A DNA stretch of 64,000 nucleotides, taken from sequence record PV231354.1; one strand, given 5' to 3'. The stretch's first letter is position 1. The number at the start of each line of letters is the position of its first letter. Below, one piece after another: positions 49,874 through 59,500 of the stretch. The position numbers and the translations under genes are program-made. Under the pieces are notes generated by a model. It was not told the origin of the DNA. It worked only from the letters and a program-made list of their open reading frames with translations, and did not search any database.

Positions 49874-51496
49874 TTACTTGTTGGCGAACGCCGCGACGTA
49901 GGCCTTGGCGTAGGCTTCCTTGTAGAGCGGGCCGACGTCGTCGTTGTTCTCGTCTTCGAGGTCGGTGAAGTTCGAGTAGTGCTCGCCCTTCTCGGCGTCG
50001 AGGTCGAACGTCTCGGCGTACTCGCCCTCCAGGCGCCCGTCGCGGTCGCCCGCCAGCTTGGCCCAGGCCGCGTAGTGGTGGACGAGGACCTCCTCGAACG
50101 CTTCCTCATAGAGGTACGAGTAGGTGCCCACGCCCTTGTCGGCGCTGGCGCTGTTGTCGAGCGCCGATTCAGCCACCACGTCCAGGCGCTCGCCTTCGGG
50201 GCCTTCGCCCTCGACGAGGTCGACCAGGGCCTGGAGGCGCACGCCTTCGTCGGTCTGGCTCATCGCCTGGGCGATCAGCTTCTCGGCGTCCTCGCGGCCC
50301 CAGGACTTGGCCATGGTCGTGGCCAGATCGTGGTCGACGGCGGCAAAGCCGTTGGCGTCGTAGGCGGGGGTCTCGTCGGTCGAGGCGGTCTCTTCGACCT
50401 TCTCGTCCGAGGCGTCGTCAGTGGCGGCGGCCGAGAAGCCGACGCCATAGCCCTTGACATAGCCCTCCGAGTACGCCTGCCGGGCCGAGTCGGGGCCGTC
50501 GGTGAGTTCGCCCGGCAGATCGAAAGACGCGTCGTACTCGTAGCCGTTGTCCTGGTCGGCCGCACCCGCCTTCAGGCCAGCGTCGTGGCCGATCTTGGCC
50601 CAGTCGGTCGCCTCGGCTTCGACCACCGCTTCGGGGGCCTCGGTGGTGATCACGCCGTCGGCGGCCGTGGCGTCGGTCTCGATCTCGGGATCGACCTGGG
50701 CCTGGGCGTCAGCCTGGGCGGCCTTCTCCTCGGCGTAGCGGCGCTCGACGGCGGCGGTGAAGTAGTTGACCGCGTCGGCCTCGGGGATTTCGCCCAGGAC
50801 CTTCATCTCGCAGCAGCGCAGCTTGGTGAGGTTGTAGTCGGTCGGGATCGCCGTGACGTCCTTGGGGTTGATCTCGACGATGATGATCTTGCCCCGGCCG
50901 CCGTGGAACGAGCGCAGGTAGTCGAACGAGCAGGCGTGCAGGCCGCGCGAACAGGTCTGGTTGCGGTTCGGGTCACAGAGGTCGCGATCCATCGAGACCG
51001 TGCTGCCGATCTTGTACTCGACGGTGTGTGAGTGCAGGTCGAAGTAGTCCTCGCCCACGCGCTTGAAGGCATGGAACATGCCGTCCGGCGTCAGCGGGTT
51101 GCGACCCTTCTCCAGGAAGGCGTAGAGATCGGCGGCGATCGACTTGTCGGGGTTCTGGTCGACATTGGCGATGAAGTTGGTCAGCGGCTCCATGTCGAAG
51201 CCTTCCGCCAGCACGCGCTTGAAGGTGCCGGCCGCCACGTAGTCGACGACCTTGCCGTCCAGGCGCAGGCGGTCGCGATCGTCCAGGATGACGCGGCCGA
51301 ACGAGTGGGCCGCCACATAGGCCGCCACGTCGGCGATCAGCCGGATTTCGTCGATGTCCTGCGGGACCTTCTTGACGGCCTCTTCCAGCTTCTTGCCCTG
51401 CGACGAGCCGCGAGGGAAGGAGCGGTAGCGCCCGTCCAGGGTGATCGAGATCGCGTCGACGGTGATCGTCACGGCGACCTTCGCTTGGGTAGTCAT
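49874..51496 (-). CDS. rIIB: rIIB-like protein with an acidic C-terminal extension
   Basis: FHAFKRV..DY.D.HS, MDR..CDPNRNQTCSRGLH, INPKDVTAIP.DYN..KLRCC; follows rIIA. Confidence 0.88.
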   Translation of the reverse strand: MTTQAKVAVTITVDAISITLDGRYRSFPRGSSQGKKLEEAVKKVPQDIDEIRLIADVAAYVAAHSFGRVILDDRDRLRLDGKVVDYVAAGTFKRVLAEGFDMEPLTNFIANVDQNPDKSIAADLYAFLEKGRNPLTPDGMFHAFKRVGEDYFDLHSHTVEYKIGSTVSMDRDLCDPNRNQTCSRGLHACSFDYLRSFHGGRGKIIIVEINPKDVTAIPTDYNLTKLRCCEMKVLGEIPEADAVNYFTAAVERRYAEEKAAQADAQAQVDPEIETDATAADGVITTEAPEAVVEAEATDWAKIGHDAGLKAGAADQDNGYEYDASFDLPGELTDGPDSARQAYSEGYVKGYGVGFSAAATDDASDEKVEETASTDETPAYDANGFAAVDHDLATTMAKSWGREDAEKLIAQAMSQTDEGVRLQALVDLVEGEGPEGERLDVVAESALDNSASADKGVGTYSYLYEEAFEEVLVHHYAAWAKLAGDRDGRLEGEYAETFDLDAEKGEHYSNFTDLEDENNDDVGPLYKEAYAKAYVAAFANK

Positions 51497-51517
51497 GGGA
51501 GACTCCTTGCTCGCGGC

Positions 51518-53647
51518 CTAGTAGCTGCCGAACTTCAGGGTGAGAGGGATGGTGCGAATCAGCGCTTCCAGGGCCTTGGTGCAGGCGGTGACCTGCTCGG
51601 TCGAGGTCGCGTGGTTCGTGTTGTCGAGGAACTTGCGGATCGGGTGGTTGGACGTGGCGTTCAGCTTGGTATGACCCTCCTCGAACGTCTTGGTCAGTTC
51701 CGAGCGCGGCGGCGCCTTGAACTGCCCGTCCACCTCGTAGAGCGCCTTGATGAAGGAGCGCTCGCGCTCGGTCCACTCGACGAGGCCGGCGGCCAGCAGC
51801 GGCTTGACCGCGCCGAAGTAGGCCGCGACCGACGACTTCATCCGCGTCAGGCGGTCGAAATCGGCCGGGCACTTCTCGATCGCCCGGTTGTAGAAGCCGT
51901 AGGCCGTCGACGAGGTCGACAGCTTCTGCACCGCCACCACGCAGTCATCCAGGCTGACCTTGTGCTTGGCCTGGATCGCCGCGTCGATCGCCTCGCGCAT
52001 GGTCGGGACCTTGGCGTCCTCGACGTGCTTCTGGGCGGTGGGCGAGGCGATGTAGATGTGCTTGATGCCGTACTTGTTGGCGACGACGAAGACGTCCTCG
52101 GCCTTCTTGCGGTACTGGTCCGACGACACCCAGGCCACGGTCCCGGCAGGGAAGGTCTCCACGCCGGTCACCGCCATCTGCTCGCCCGCGCGCTTGGCCA
52201 GGGCCAGACCCCGGATCGGCGGCACATAGGCGGGCGCGTCCTTGCTGACCTTGTCGCGGCGCGGGACCTCGCCCTTGAGCGTGGCCACGTCGATGTCCTC
52301 GAACTTGGCGGTCGGCAGGGCGCAGTTCCAGAAGGCCTTGTCCCGGTCGTAGCCGAGCATGAAGACCCCGTCCTTCAGGTTCTTGCTCTCCAGGTAGAGG
52401 CGCAGGATGCGCGCAAGGCGGCGCGTCTCGCTCTGGGAGAACTCGCGCTTGGTCGAGTCGTCGCGCGACGGGTCGAGCAGGTCGGAGATGTCGCGCAGGA
52501 CCAGGAAGTGGGTTTCGGCCTTCTGGCTCAGGTCGAGCGTGTTCTCGATCCGGTAGCCCCAGCGCTCGCGGTGCTGGTCGAACGAGGCCTTGTAGAGGCA
52601 GGCCACGCCAGGGAAGGAGATCGTCGTGCTTTCCAGGCCCGTGGCCGGGTGCTTGGGCTTGCTGCTGATGAACGGCGGGCGCAGCTTGTTGTGGGTCGCG
52701 AAGAACTCGGTGACCGACTGGATGTCCTTGATCTTGACCCAGATCGCCGCCTCGACGTCTTGGCTGATCGTGCCGATGATGTCTTGCAGGGCCTTGACCG
52801 CTTCGGGCTTGTACTGGATTTCTTCCCGCGACGGGATGGGCTCGACCGTGCCCATCGGCACCGTGATCAGCCACTTGCGGCCGTTGTCGTGGGGCAGGCT
52901 CAGACCGCCCTTGGCGGCCAGCGGGTAGATGGCGCAGCCCTGGCGCACGTTCCACGTCGCCGGCAGGGCCGAGTTCTCGTAGGCGGCCCAGGTGCCGTCG
53001 GCGGCTTCGAACTGCGGCATGCCCAGCGGCTGGCCCAGGTCGATGTTGCTGTCGTACATGGGGATGAAGCCCATGGCGACGTTCTTGACGGCGCGCTCGA
53101 AGGAGGCGAAGTCGGTGGGGTTGACCGCGACGGTGACGCGCACGCCGGCCGGCTCGGAGCAGTCCTCGGTGCCCTGGAGCATGACGCGCGGCACGCCGCC
53201 CTTGCCGATCGCGGCGGTGTAGTGGCGCACGACGTCGCCGTCGTAGCAGGACAGGGCGAATTGGGAGGTGTAGGCGAACGGGCTCTTGGAGCCCAGGCCG
53301 AAGGCGCCGGTGAGATCGTCGGTCTCGTCCTTGTCCGACTCGAACAGGGTCGAGTAGAGGTGCATGACCTTGGCGTGGTCCATGCCGGGGCCGTAGTCGC
53401 GCACGTAGAATTCGGGGCGCATTTCGCTGGGGACGTGGACGAAGAAGCTGCCGGGGTAGCCGGCGACGATATGGGCGTCCTGGGCGTTCGAGCAGATTTC
53501 CCGCACCAGCGAGCCGATCTTGTCCGAGTAGAGCCCGTCGATCAGCATCCGGAACGCTTTGCCAGACGCCTTGATCTTGAACTCTTGCTCCTCCTGAACG
53601 CCGATGGTTTCGAGGAAGACCGGTTCGGTTGCAAGCCGCATTATCAA
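51518..53647 (-). CDS. rIIA: rIIA-like protein (N-terminal GHKL ATPase)
   Basis: LYSDK..LVREICSNAQDAH, VRDYGPG, TGAFGLGSKSPFAY. Confidence 0.9.
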   Translation of the reverse strand: MIMRLATEPVFLETIGVQEEQEFKIKASGKAFRMLIDGLYSDKIGSLVREICSNAQDAHIVAGYPGSFFVHVPSEMRPEFYVRDYGPGMDHAKVMHLYSTLFESDKDETDDLTGAFGLGSKSPFAYTSQFALSCYDGDVVRHYTAAIGKGGVPRVMLQGTEDCSEPAGVRVTVAVNPTDFASFERAVKNVAMGFIPMYDSNIDLGQPLGMPQFEAADGTWAAYENSALPATWNVRQGCAIYPLAAKGGLSLPHDNGRKWLITVPMGTVEPIPSREEIQYKPEAVKALQDIIGTISQDVEAAIWVKIKDIQSVTEFFATHNKLRPPFISSKPKHPATGLESTTISFPGVACLYKASFDQHRERWGYRIENTLDLSQKAETHFLVLRDISDLLDPSRDDSTKREFSQSETRRLARILRLYLESKNLKDGVFMLGYDRDKAFWNCALPTAKFEDIDVATLKGEVPRRDKVSKDAPAYVPPIRGLALAKRAGEQMAVTGVETFPAGTVAWVSSDQYRKKAEDVFVVANKYGIKHIYIASPTAQKHVEDAKVPTMREAIDAAIQAKHKVSLDDCVVAVQKLSTSSTAYGFYNRAIEKCPADFDRLTRMKSSVAAYFGAVKPLLAAGLVEWTERERSFIKALYEVDGQFKAPPRSELTKTFEEGHTKLNATSNHPIRKFLDNTNHATSTEQVTACTKALEALIRTIPLTLKFGSY

Positions 53648-53734
53648 CTCCAGAGGAGAGTGGTTAGGTGGATGTCGACGATCCTTCTATCCAGGGCATC
53701 CGGTTCTGTCAACACACTCGCTCCGGCTTTTTGG

Positions 53735-53772
53735 TCGTGAATCTTGACGTTCTCGCACGGGTCAGGCACAAT
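53735..53772 (+). promoter_or_regulatory. Promoter TCGTGAATCTTGACG...CACAAT
   Basis: Exact motif copy at the strand switch. Confidence 0.6.
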
Positions 53773-53778
53773 TTTCTC

Positions 53779-54027
53779 ATGTGGTCAATCCGCAACATCA
53801 CGACCGAAGCCTCCCACTCGATTCGCACCTGCACCGCCAAGGACTACCCGTGGCCTGAGCGGGGGTCGGAGGGCTGCATTTGTCGCGACCCTGGCGCGCG
53901 CCGTGACCGGGATTTCATGCTGCTGATCGACCGCCATGGCGAGATTCAATGGTACGCGAGGACGACATGCCCGATCCACGGCCCGAAGATCACGACGGTG
54001 GACGTCGAAACAAAATCCACGACCTGA
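53779..54027 (+). CDS. Hypothetical Cys-containing protein (possibly leaderless)
   Basis: ATG a few nt after the -10 box; overlaps the next ORF. Confidence 0.4.
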   Translation: MWSIRNITTEASHSIRTCTAKDYPWPERGSEGCICRDPGARRDRDFMLLIDRHGEIQWYARTTCPIHGPKITTVDVETKSTT

Positions 54028-54374
54028 TCGTCGGCGACCCGCGCGAGGACCCGCGCTACAATCGCAAGCTCAGCAACCGCGACAAGACCGCCTTCCTCTG
54101 CGGCGTCCTGCGCCACCCGGCCCAGGCGTTCGACCTGGACCTGCCGTTCCCGGTCGAGGACTGGGTCGCCTCGGACGACAACTCCCTGATCGTCGCGGGC
54201 CTCTACCTGTCGGACCTGCGGCTCCAGTTCTATGACGCCCTGGAGGTCAAGCCCGACGACGAGCACGGCTTCGTGCGCCAGGGCGAGGCCGAGTTCTGGC
54301 ACCACGCCTTCAACGTCATGGTCGAGCGCCGCAGCCACGGCGTGCTGGTCTCCGACGGGCGCGTGCTCAATTGA
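53949..54374 (+). CDS. Hypothetical protein (start uncertain)
   Basis: GC3-rich ORF coupled to the next gene. Confidence 0.55.
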   Translation: MVREDDMPDPRPEDHDGGRRNKIHDLIVGDPREDPRYNRKLSNRDKTAFLCGVLRHPAQAFDLDLPFPVEDWVASDDNSLIVAGLYLSDLRLQFYDALEVKPDDEHGFVRQGEAEFWHHAFNVMVERRSHGVLVSDGRVLN

Positions 54375-54742
54375 CCCTGCTCTATGACGGCGCCCTGGAA
54401 GGCAACTGCGTCGGCCGCTTCGTGCGCGCCGGCCAGACCTTCGACGTCATCCGCCCCGGCTACGACGCCCAAGGGGTCAAGCGCCAGACCTGGACCCAGA
54501 TCATCCACGACGGCGTGCCGGTCTTCGAGGTCAAGGTCCGCACCGACCTCGACAACGTGATCGACCGCTTCGACGCGCTCTGGGAACGCCACATCGGCGA
54601 TGACGACGACCTGCTGGCCCGCGCCCTGACCTCGGTCAAGCGCGAGCGGGCCTCCAAGTTCCGCGATGGCAAGGCCGGCGTCGCGCCCGCCCCGACCCTG
54701 GCCCATGACGAGCATCCCTACCCGCCGCATTATGTCGCATAA
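54371..54742 (+). CDS. Hypothetical protein
   Basis: TTGA overlap start; GC3-rich. Confidence 0.6.
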   Translation: MTLLYDGALEGNCVGRFVRAGQTFDVIRPGYDAQGVKRQTWTQIIHDGVPVFEVKVRTDLDNVIDRFDALWERHIGDDDDLLARALTSVKRERASKFRDGKAGVAPAPTLAHDEHPYPPHYVA

Positions 54743-54816
54743 TGTTGGCGTGAGACTGTTGACATCTCTGATTTTGTGACATAGAAGCCTCCTCGACGAC
54801 AACGAAGGAGGCTTTC

Positions 54817-55443
54817 ATGCCCAAGCGGATCAAAGGCAAGCGTATCGCCCTGCACCAAGCCAAGGTGCTGGACGCCCAAGAGTTCCAGATGGTTCTCGAC
54901 CGCGCCGAGCAGGGTGACAACCCGCTGCGTGACCGCGTGCTCTTCAAGCTCTCCTTCTACTGCGGCATGCGTGTCGCCGAGATCGCCGGCCTGGAGTGGC
55001 GCAAGCACCTCCTGGACGCCAGCGGCCGGCTGCGCCCCGCCATCCACATCACCCACGACATCGGCAAGAACGCCGTCGCCCGCCACGTCCCGATCGAGGC
55101 GTCGCTGGCGGCTGACCTGCGCGCCCTGCGCAAGGAACGCGGCGGCGATCGCTTCGTTGTCTACCCGCTGCGCGCCTCGATGCGCGGTGGTCCCGAGAAG
55201 ACCGACGCCAACACCCTGGCTCAATACATGCGCCGCATGTACCGCGAGATCGGGCTGGACGGCGCCTCGTCGCACTCGGGCCGCCGCACCTTCATCACCG
55301 ATCTGGCGCGCAAGGCGAACATGTTCGACTGCTCGCTCCGGGACATCCAGGAGATGGTCGGGCACCGGCGGATCGAAACGACCGGGACCTATATCGAGAC
55401 GAGCCCCCGCCAGGACCGGCTCGTCAACATGGTCCTGCGATAG
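54817..55443 (+). CDS. Tyrosine recombinase/integrase (catalytic domain only)
   Basis: GMRVAEI (R), SHSGRRTF (HxxR), VGHRRI (H), TTGTY (Y); only 208 aa. Confidence 0.88.
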   Translation: MPKRIKGKRIALHQAKVLDAQEFQMVLDRAEQGDNPLRDRVLFKLSFYCGMRVAEIAGLEWRKHLLDASGRLRPAIHITHDIGKNAVARHVPIEASLAADLRALRKERGGDRFVVYPLRASMRGGPEKTDANTLAQYMRRMYREIGLDGASSHSGRRTFITDLARKANMFDCSLRDIQEMVGHRRIETTGTYIETSPRQDRLVNMVLR

Positions 55444-55452
55444 GGGGCGGCG

Positions 55453-55863
55453 ATGACCTTCATCTGCACCGAACTGGACAACGCCACCCCCGTCGACCTG
55501 GACGCGGCCGAGGCCCTCCTCGCCACGACCCCGCGCAAGCGCGCCAACTTCGCCAAGGCCAAGGGTGTCTGCCGCGAGTGCGGCGCGCCCAAGCACGAGC
55601 GCCGCCTGGGCGCGGACTTCTGCTCGGCCCGCTGCCGCTCGGACTTCCACAACCGGGCCAAGATGGAAGGCGCCTCGATCGTCCACATCATCAAGCGCTG
55701 GCGCCGTTACCGCCGCCCCGGCGATTTCGCCCTGATGACCAAGATGGCTGATGACCTGATCCGCATGGACAAGGCCCTGAAGCGCGACTTCTACCCCGAT
55801 CCGCCGGCCACCGCCCACGCCAAGGTCGTCGCCACCAATATCGCCGGCCGCCGCCGCGCCTGA
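55453..55863 (+). CDS. Hypothetical zinc-finger protein
   Basis: CREC...FCSARC motif. Confidence 0.62.
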   Translation: MTFICTELDNATPVDLDAAEALLATTPRKRANFAKAKGVCRECGAPKHERRLGADFCSARCRSDFHNRAKMEGASIVHIIKRWRRYRRPGDFALMTKMADDLIRMDKALKRDFYPDPPATAHAKVVATNIAGRRRA

Positions 55864-55878
55864 AGTAAGGAGTACAGC

Positions 55879-56133
55879 TTGAACCAACCCACCGAGAAGC
55901 CCGTGTTCGCCACCGAGAGCGGCGGTTACCTTTTCCAGGTCTACGCCGCACCGGCTGACCACGGCCGCGCCTACCTGGGCTTCTGCGACGGCGTCCTGAG
56001 CGTCAGCGGCGACACCGTCGATGTCACCCTGCGCGCCCTGGCCCGCAAGCACGCCGAGCCCAAGCGCACGGCCCAGGTCATCGACTTCACCGCCGAAAAG
56101 CTCAAGCGCCTGGGCGCGGTGGTCGCGGCCTGA
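55879..56133 (+). CDS. Hypothetical protein
   Basis: AAGGAG RBS, TTG start. Confidence 0.58.
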   Translation: MNQPTEKPVFATESGGYLFQVYAAPADHGRAYLGFCDGVLSVSGDTVDVTLRALARKHAEPKRTAQVIDFTAEKLKRLGAVVAA

Positions 56134-56522
56134 TGGCGTCTCCTGTCGAAGAGCGCCTGGACCCGACGATCCTGGCCCCGCTCATCTACCGCCACTTCTA
56201 CAACGGTCCCGTCGGCGGCGCGGCCTTCCGCCTCGCGCGGATCATCCGCAACCACGCCATGGGCCTGCCGATCCTGTCGTTCGCCGAGGTGCTCGACGAG
56301 TACCTGAACGCCAAGCTCGGACTCAATGACAGCGCCGACCCCGAGATCAGGGCGGAGAACGAGCGCACCCTCAAGACCGCCCGCGCGGCGTTCTGGAAGG
56401 CGCTCAACGGCATAGGCGATCCCGAGCACGTCGACGGACTGGTCCGCTATGCCCAGGCCAAGAGCCTGAGCGAGTGCATCGCCGAGACCCTTGAAAAACG
56501 TCGTCCGCAACAACTGTCATGA
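56133..56522 (+). CDS. Hypothetical protein
   Basis: TGATG coupling with the upstream gene. Confidence 0.6.
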   Translation: MASPVEERLDPTILAPLIYRHFYNGPVGGAAFRLARIIRNHAMGLPILSFAEVLDEYLNAKLGLNDSADPEIRAENERTLKTARAAFWKALNGIGDPEHVDGLVRYAQAKSLSECIAETLEKRRPQQLS

Positions 56523-56555
56523 ATCTTGACACCTGTCGGGAAAGGGGGCTAGATG
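56517..56555 (+). promoter_or_regulatory. Promoter TCATGAATCTTGACA...TAGAT
   Basis: Motif variant upstream of the primase-like gene. Confidence 0.55.
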
Positions 56556-56589
56556 ACCCCCGCCTTTCACCCCCGTCCCGACAGGCTTC

Positions 56590-59500
56590 ATGTCCGATCC
56601 CTTTGATTTCCTCGCCGCGCTGTTCGCGGCGCATGAAGGCCCGATCGCCTTCGAACACGACAACAAGACCGTCAAGACCCGCGAACCTGAGTTCGTCGAG
56701 GATCATGCCGGCGCCCTTTACGTCTCGCCGTCCACGCCGGACGGCCGCGTCGCCTTCGTGTTTGGTTCCGACCAGGACGTCGACCGCGACGCCTGGGAGT
56801 CGTTCCGCCTCAAGCCGACCGTGGTCCTCTACAAGGAGAAGACCGGCGACATGATCGTCGCCTGGGCCTTCGAGGAGACCCAGGAGCCCGACGACGTCCG
56901 CCGGCTGGCCGACGCCCTGGGCATGGCTGATCTGGAAGAGCCGATCCCGCTGCCGGGCACCAACGGCTGGACCTTGGTCCACGCCGAGGAGAGCGACTAC
57001 TACAAGCTCGACGAGGTCGAACGCGTGTACGCGCCTGACCGCAAGGTCGGCTACCCCGACCCGCCCAAGAACCGGCAAAAAGATCGGCAATTTTCTGACA
57101 CGGCTTCCTCGCAAGCCTCGGAAAAGGCTGGGAAAAAGGCTGCTTCGAAGACCGGCAAGAAAACCGGCGCCGACGACCCGCCGTGGGACGAGGACCTCGG
57201 CGTTTATGCCGACGCCCAAATCAAGACCCGCTACGACGAGAGCGACCCGGCCCTGAGCCGCGAGATCATCGTCTCGGTCGGCGGCAACAGCAAGTCGATG
57301 AACTGGCAACCCAAGGCCATGCCCCTGGGCGCGTTCGTCGCGCAGTTCTGCCAGCACCGCGAGGGCGCCAAGGATGGCGTCTCCTTCGTCATGGGCGACA
57401 TGGTGCCCGGCCAGCGCAAGAAGACGGCGGTCAAGGCCCTCTACGCGGTGGGCCTGGACGTCGACGTCGGCATGGCCTCCTCGGCGATCGACGCGGCGCT
57501 GAAGAAGTTCGGCCGCATGGCCGTGCGCTACACCACCCACTCGCACCTGAAGTCGGTCACGGACGTCAAGAAGGACGTGCTGATCAAGTGGTGCGAGCAG
57601 GAAGCCGACGGCGCCGACTACGAAGAGGACGAGGTCCTCCAGCGCTACTTCCTGGCCAAGGACCTGATGACGCCGGAGATCGCCAAGACGGTCGAGTTCA
57701 ACGGCACCGAGCACAAGGATGGCGGCATCATGGTGAGCGTCAAGCACGCTCCCATCGCCAAGCACCGGATCATCGTGCCGCTCGCCGAGGCGTTCGACAT
57801 CTCCAAGGTCGCCCCGACCCAGAAGGAGGCGATGGAAAAGTGGGCCAAGGTCCCGACCGCCCTGGCGGCGGAACTGGGCGTGCCGCTCGACAAGTCGTGC
57901 CTGGACCCCTCGCGCCTGTTCTATCTGCCGCGCCACGCCAAGGGCAAGCCGTTCGAGGTCAGCCTGTTCGGCGGCGACCTGTTCGACTGGAAGAGCCTGA
58001 CGCTCGACGATCCGTTCGAGGCCGAGATCGCCAAGCTCTCCAAGGGCACCAGCAAGTCCAAGACCGCCGCCGGCCGTGACCTCGGCCGCTGGTCGATGAA
58101 GGCCGCCCACGGCTTCCAGGTCGTGCAGGTGATGGAGGAGCACTGCCCCGACAAGCTGCGCCATCAGGTCTCGGCCGGCTACGAGATCGAGTGCCCGTTC
58201 GACGACCTGCACTCCAACGCCGGCGACACCGAGGACCGCGCCTGTCTGGCGGTCAATGCCGGCGACGGCCCTAGCGAGTGGTTCACCGTCCGCTGCCAGC
58301 ACGAGTCCTGCCGCGAGTTCACCAACCTCGACATGCTGGGCAAGATGGTCGAGGACGGTTGGTTCGATCGCGCCTGCCTGGACGACGAGGACTACAACAT
58401 CGTCGAGGCCGAGAACGCTCCCAACCCGGTGGCGGCCAAGCGCATCGAGACCGAGGACAAGGCCAAGGAAGCCTACATGCAGGCGATCTTCGACCTGCCC
58501 GAGGTGGACTTCACCGACGACGACGTCGACAAGGTGGTGCGGACCTGCTGCGAGGCCGCCCTGGGGACCCTGGCCGAGAACAAGGCCAAGGACGCCCTCA
58601 AGGCGCGCCTGGGCGTCAACGGCACGGTCATCAACAAGATGTTCAAGGACATGAAGGCGGCCATCGCCCGTGACCAGAACACCGAGGGCAACATCAAGGA
58701 CCCGCTGGGCCGCAGCGTCTTCTCCTACGCTGGCGAGTTCAACTTCGACGAGGCGTTCTCCTGCTGCTTCCGGGCGCTGCTGAACACCAACCGCGAGAAG
58801 GACCAGCCGATCTTCTCCTGCTTGCAGGACAAGCCGGTCCGGATGGCGACGGACGTCGATGGGCGCCTGAAGTTCACCGAGATCGGGGCCTCGGCCGCGA
58901 TGAACGCCGAACTGAACGAGCTTGTCACCTTCGTGCGCAAGAACGACCAGGGCACGGGTGTGCGCGGCCGGGTGCCTGACGACGTCGCCCGCCACGTCTA
59001 CGAGAAGTGCTACACCCGTCTGCCCCGGACGCCCGAGATCATGTACACCCCGATCTATACGGCCGACGGTGACCTGATCCGCAAGCCGGGCTGGTATCAG
59101 AACCTGGACATCATGATGGCCGACATCGGCTTCCAGGTGCCCAAGGTCTTCAGCGACCCCACGCCCGAGGAGGTCCAGGAGGCCGTGCGCCTGCTGACCG
59201 ACGACGTGCTGATCGACTTCCCGTTCCTGGACTACGACACCCAGGGCAACGAGCGTCGCGAGCCGTCGCTGGCCAACGCCATGGCGATGTTGATCACCCC
59301 GTTCATGCGCCGCATGATCGATAGCTGCACCCCGGTGTTCTTCGTCTCCAAGCCTACGCCGGGCACGGGCGGCACGTTCCTGGGCATGGTGCCGATCATC
59401 CTCTTCGACGGGGAAGAGCCGGCCCCGATCCGCTATACCCAGAACGAGGAGGAGATGCAGAAGGCCCTCCTGGCGTCGCTGATGAATTCGAAGGCCTACC

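Noticed and set aside
54745-55460. attP site near the recombinase
   Set aside because: No tRNA-end duplication or arm-type repeats visible
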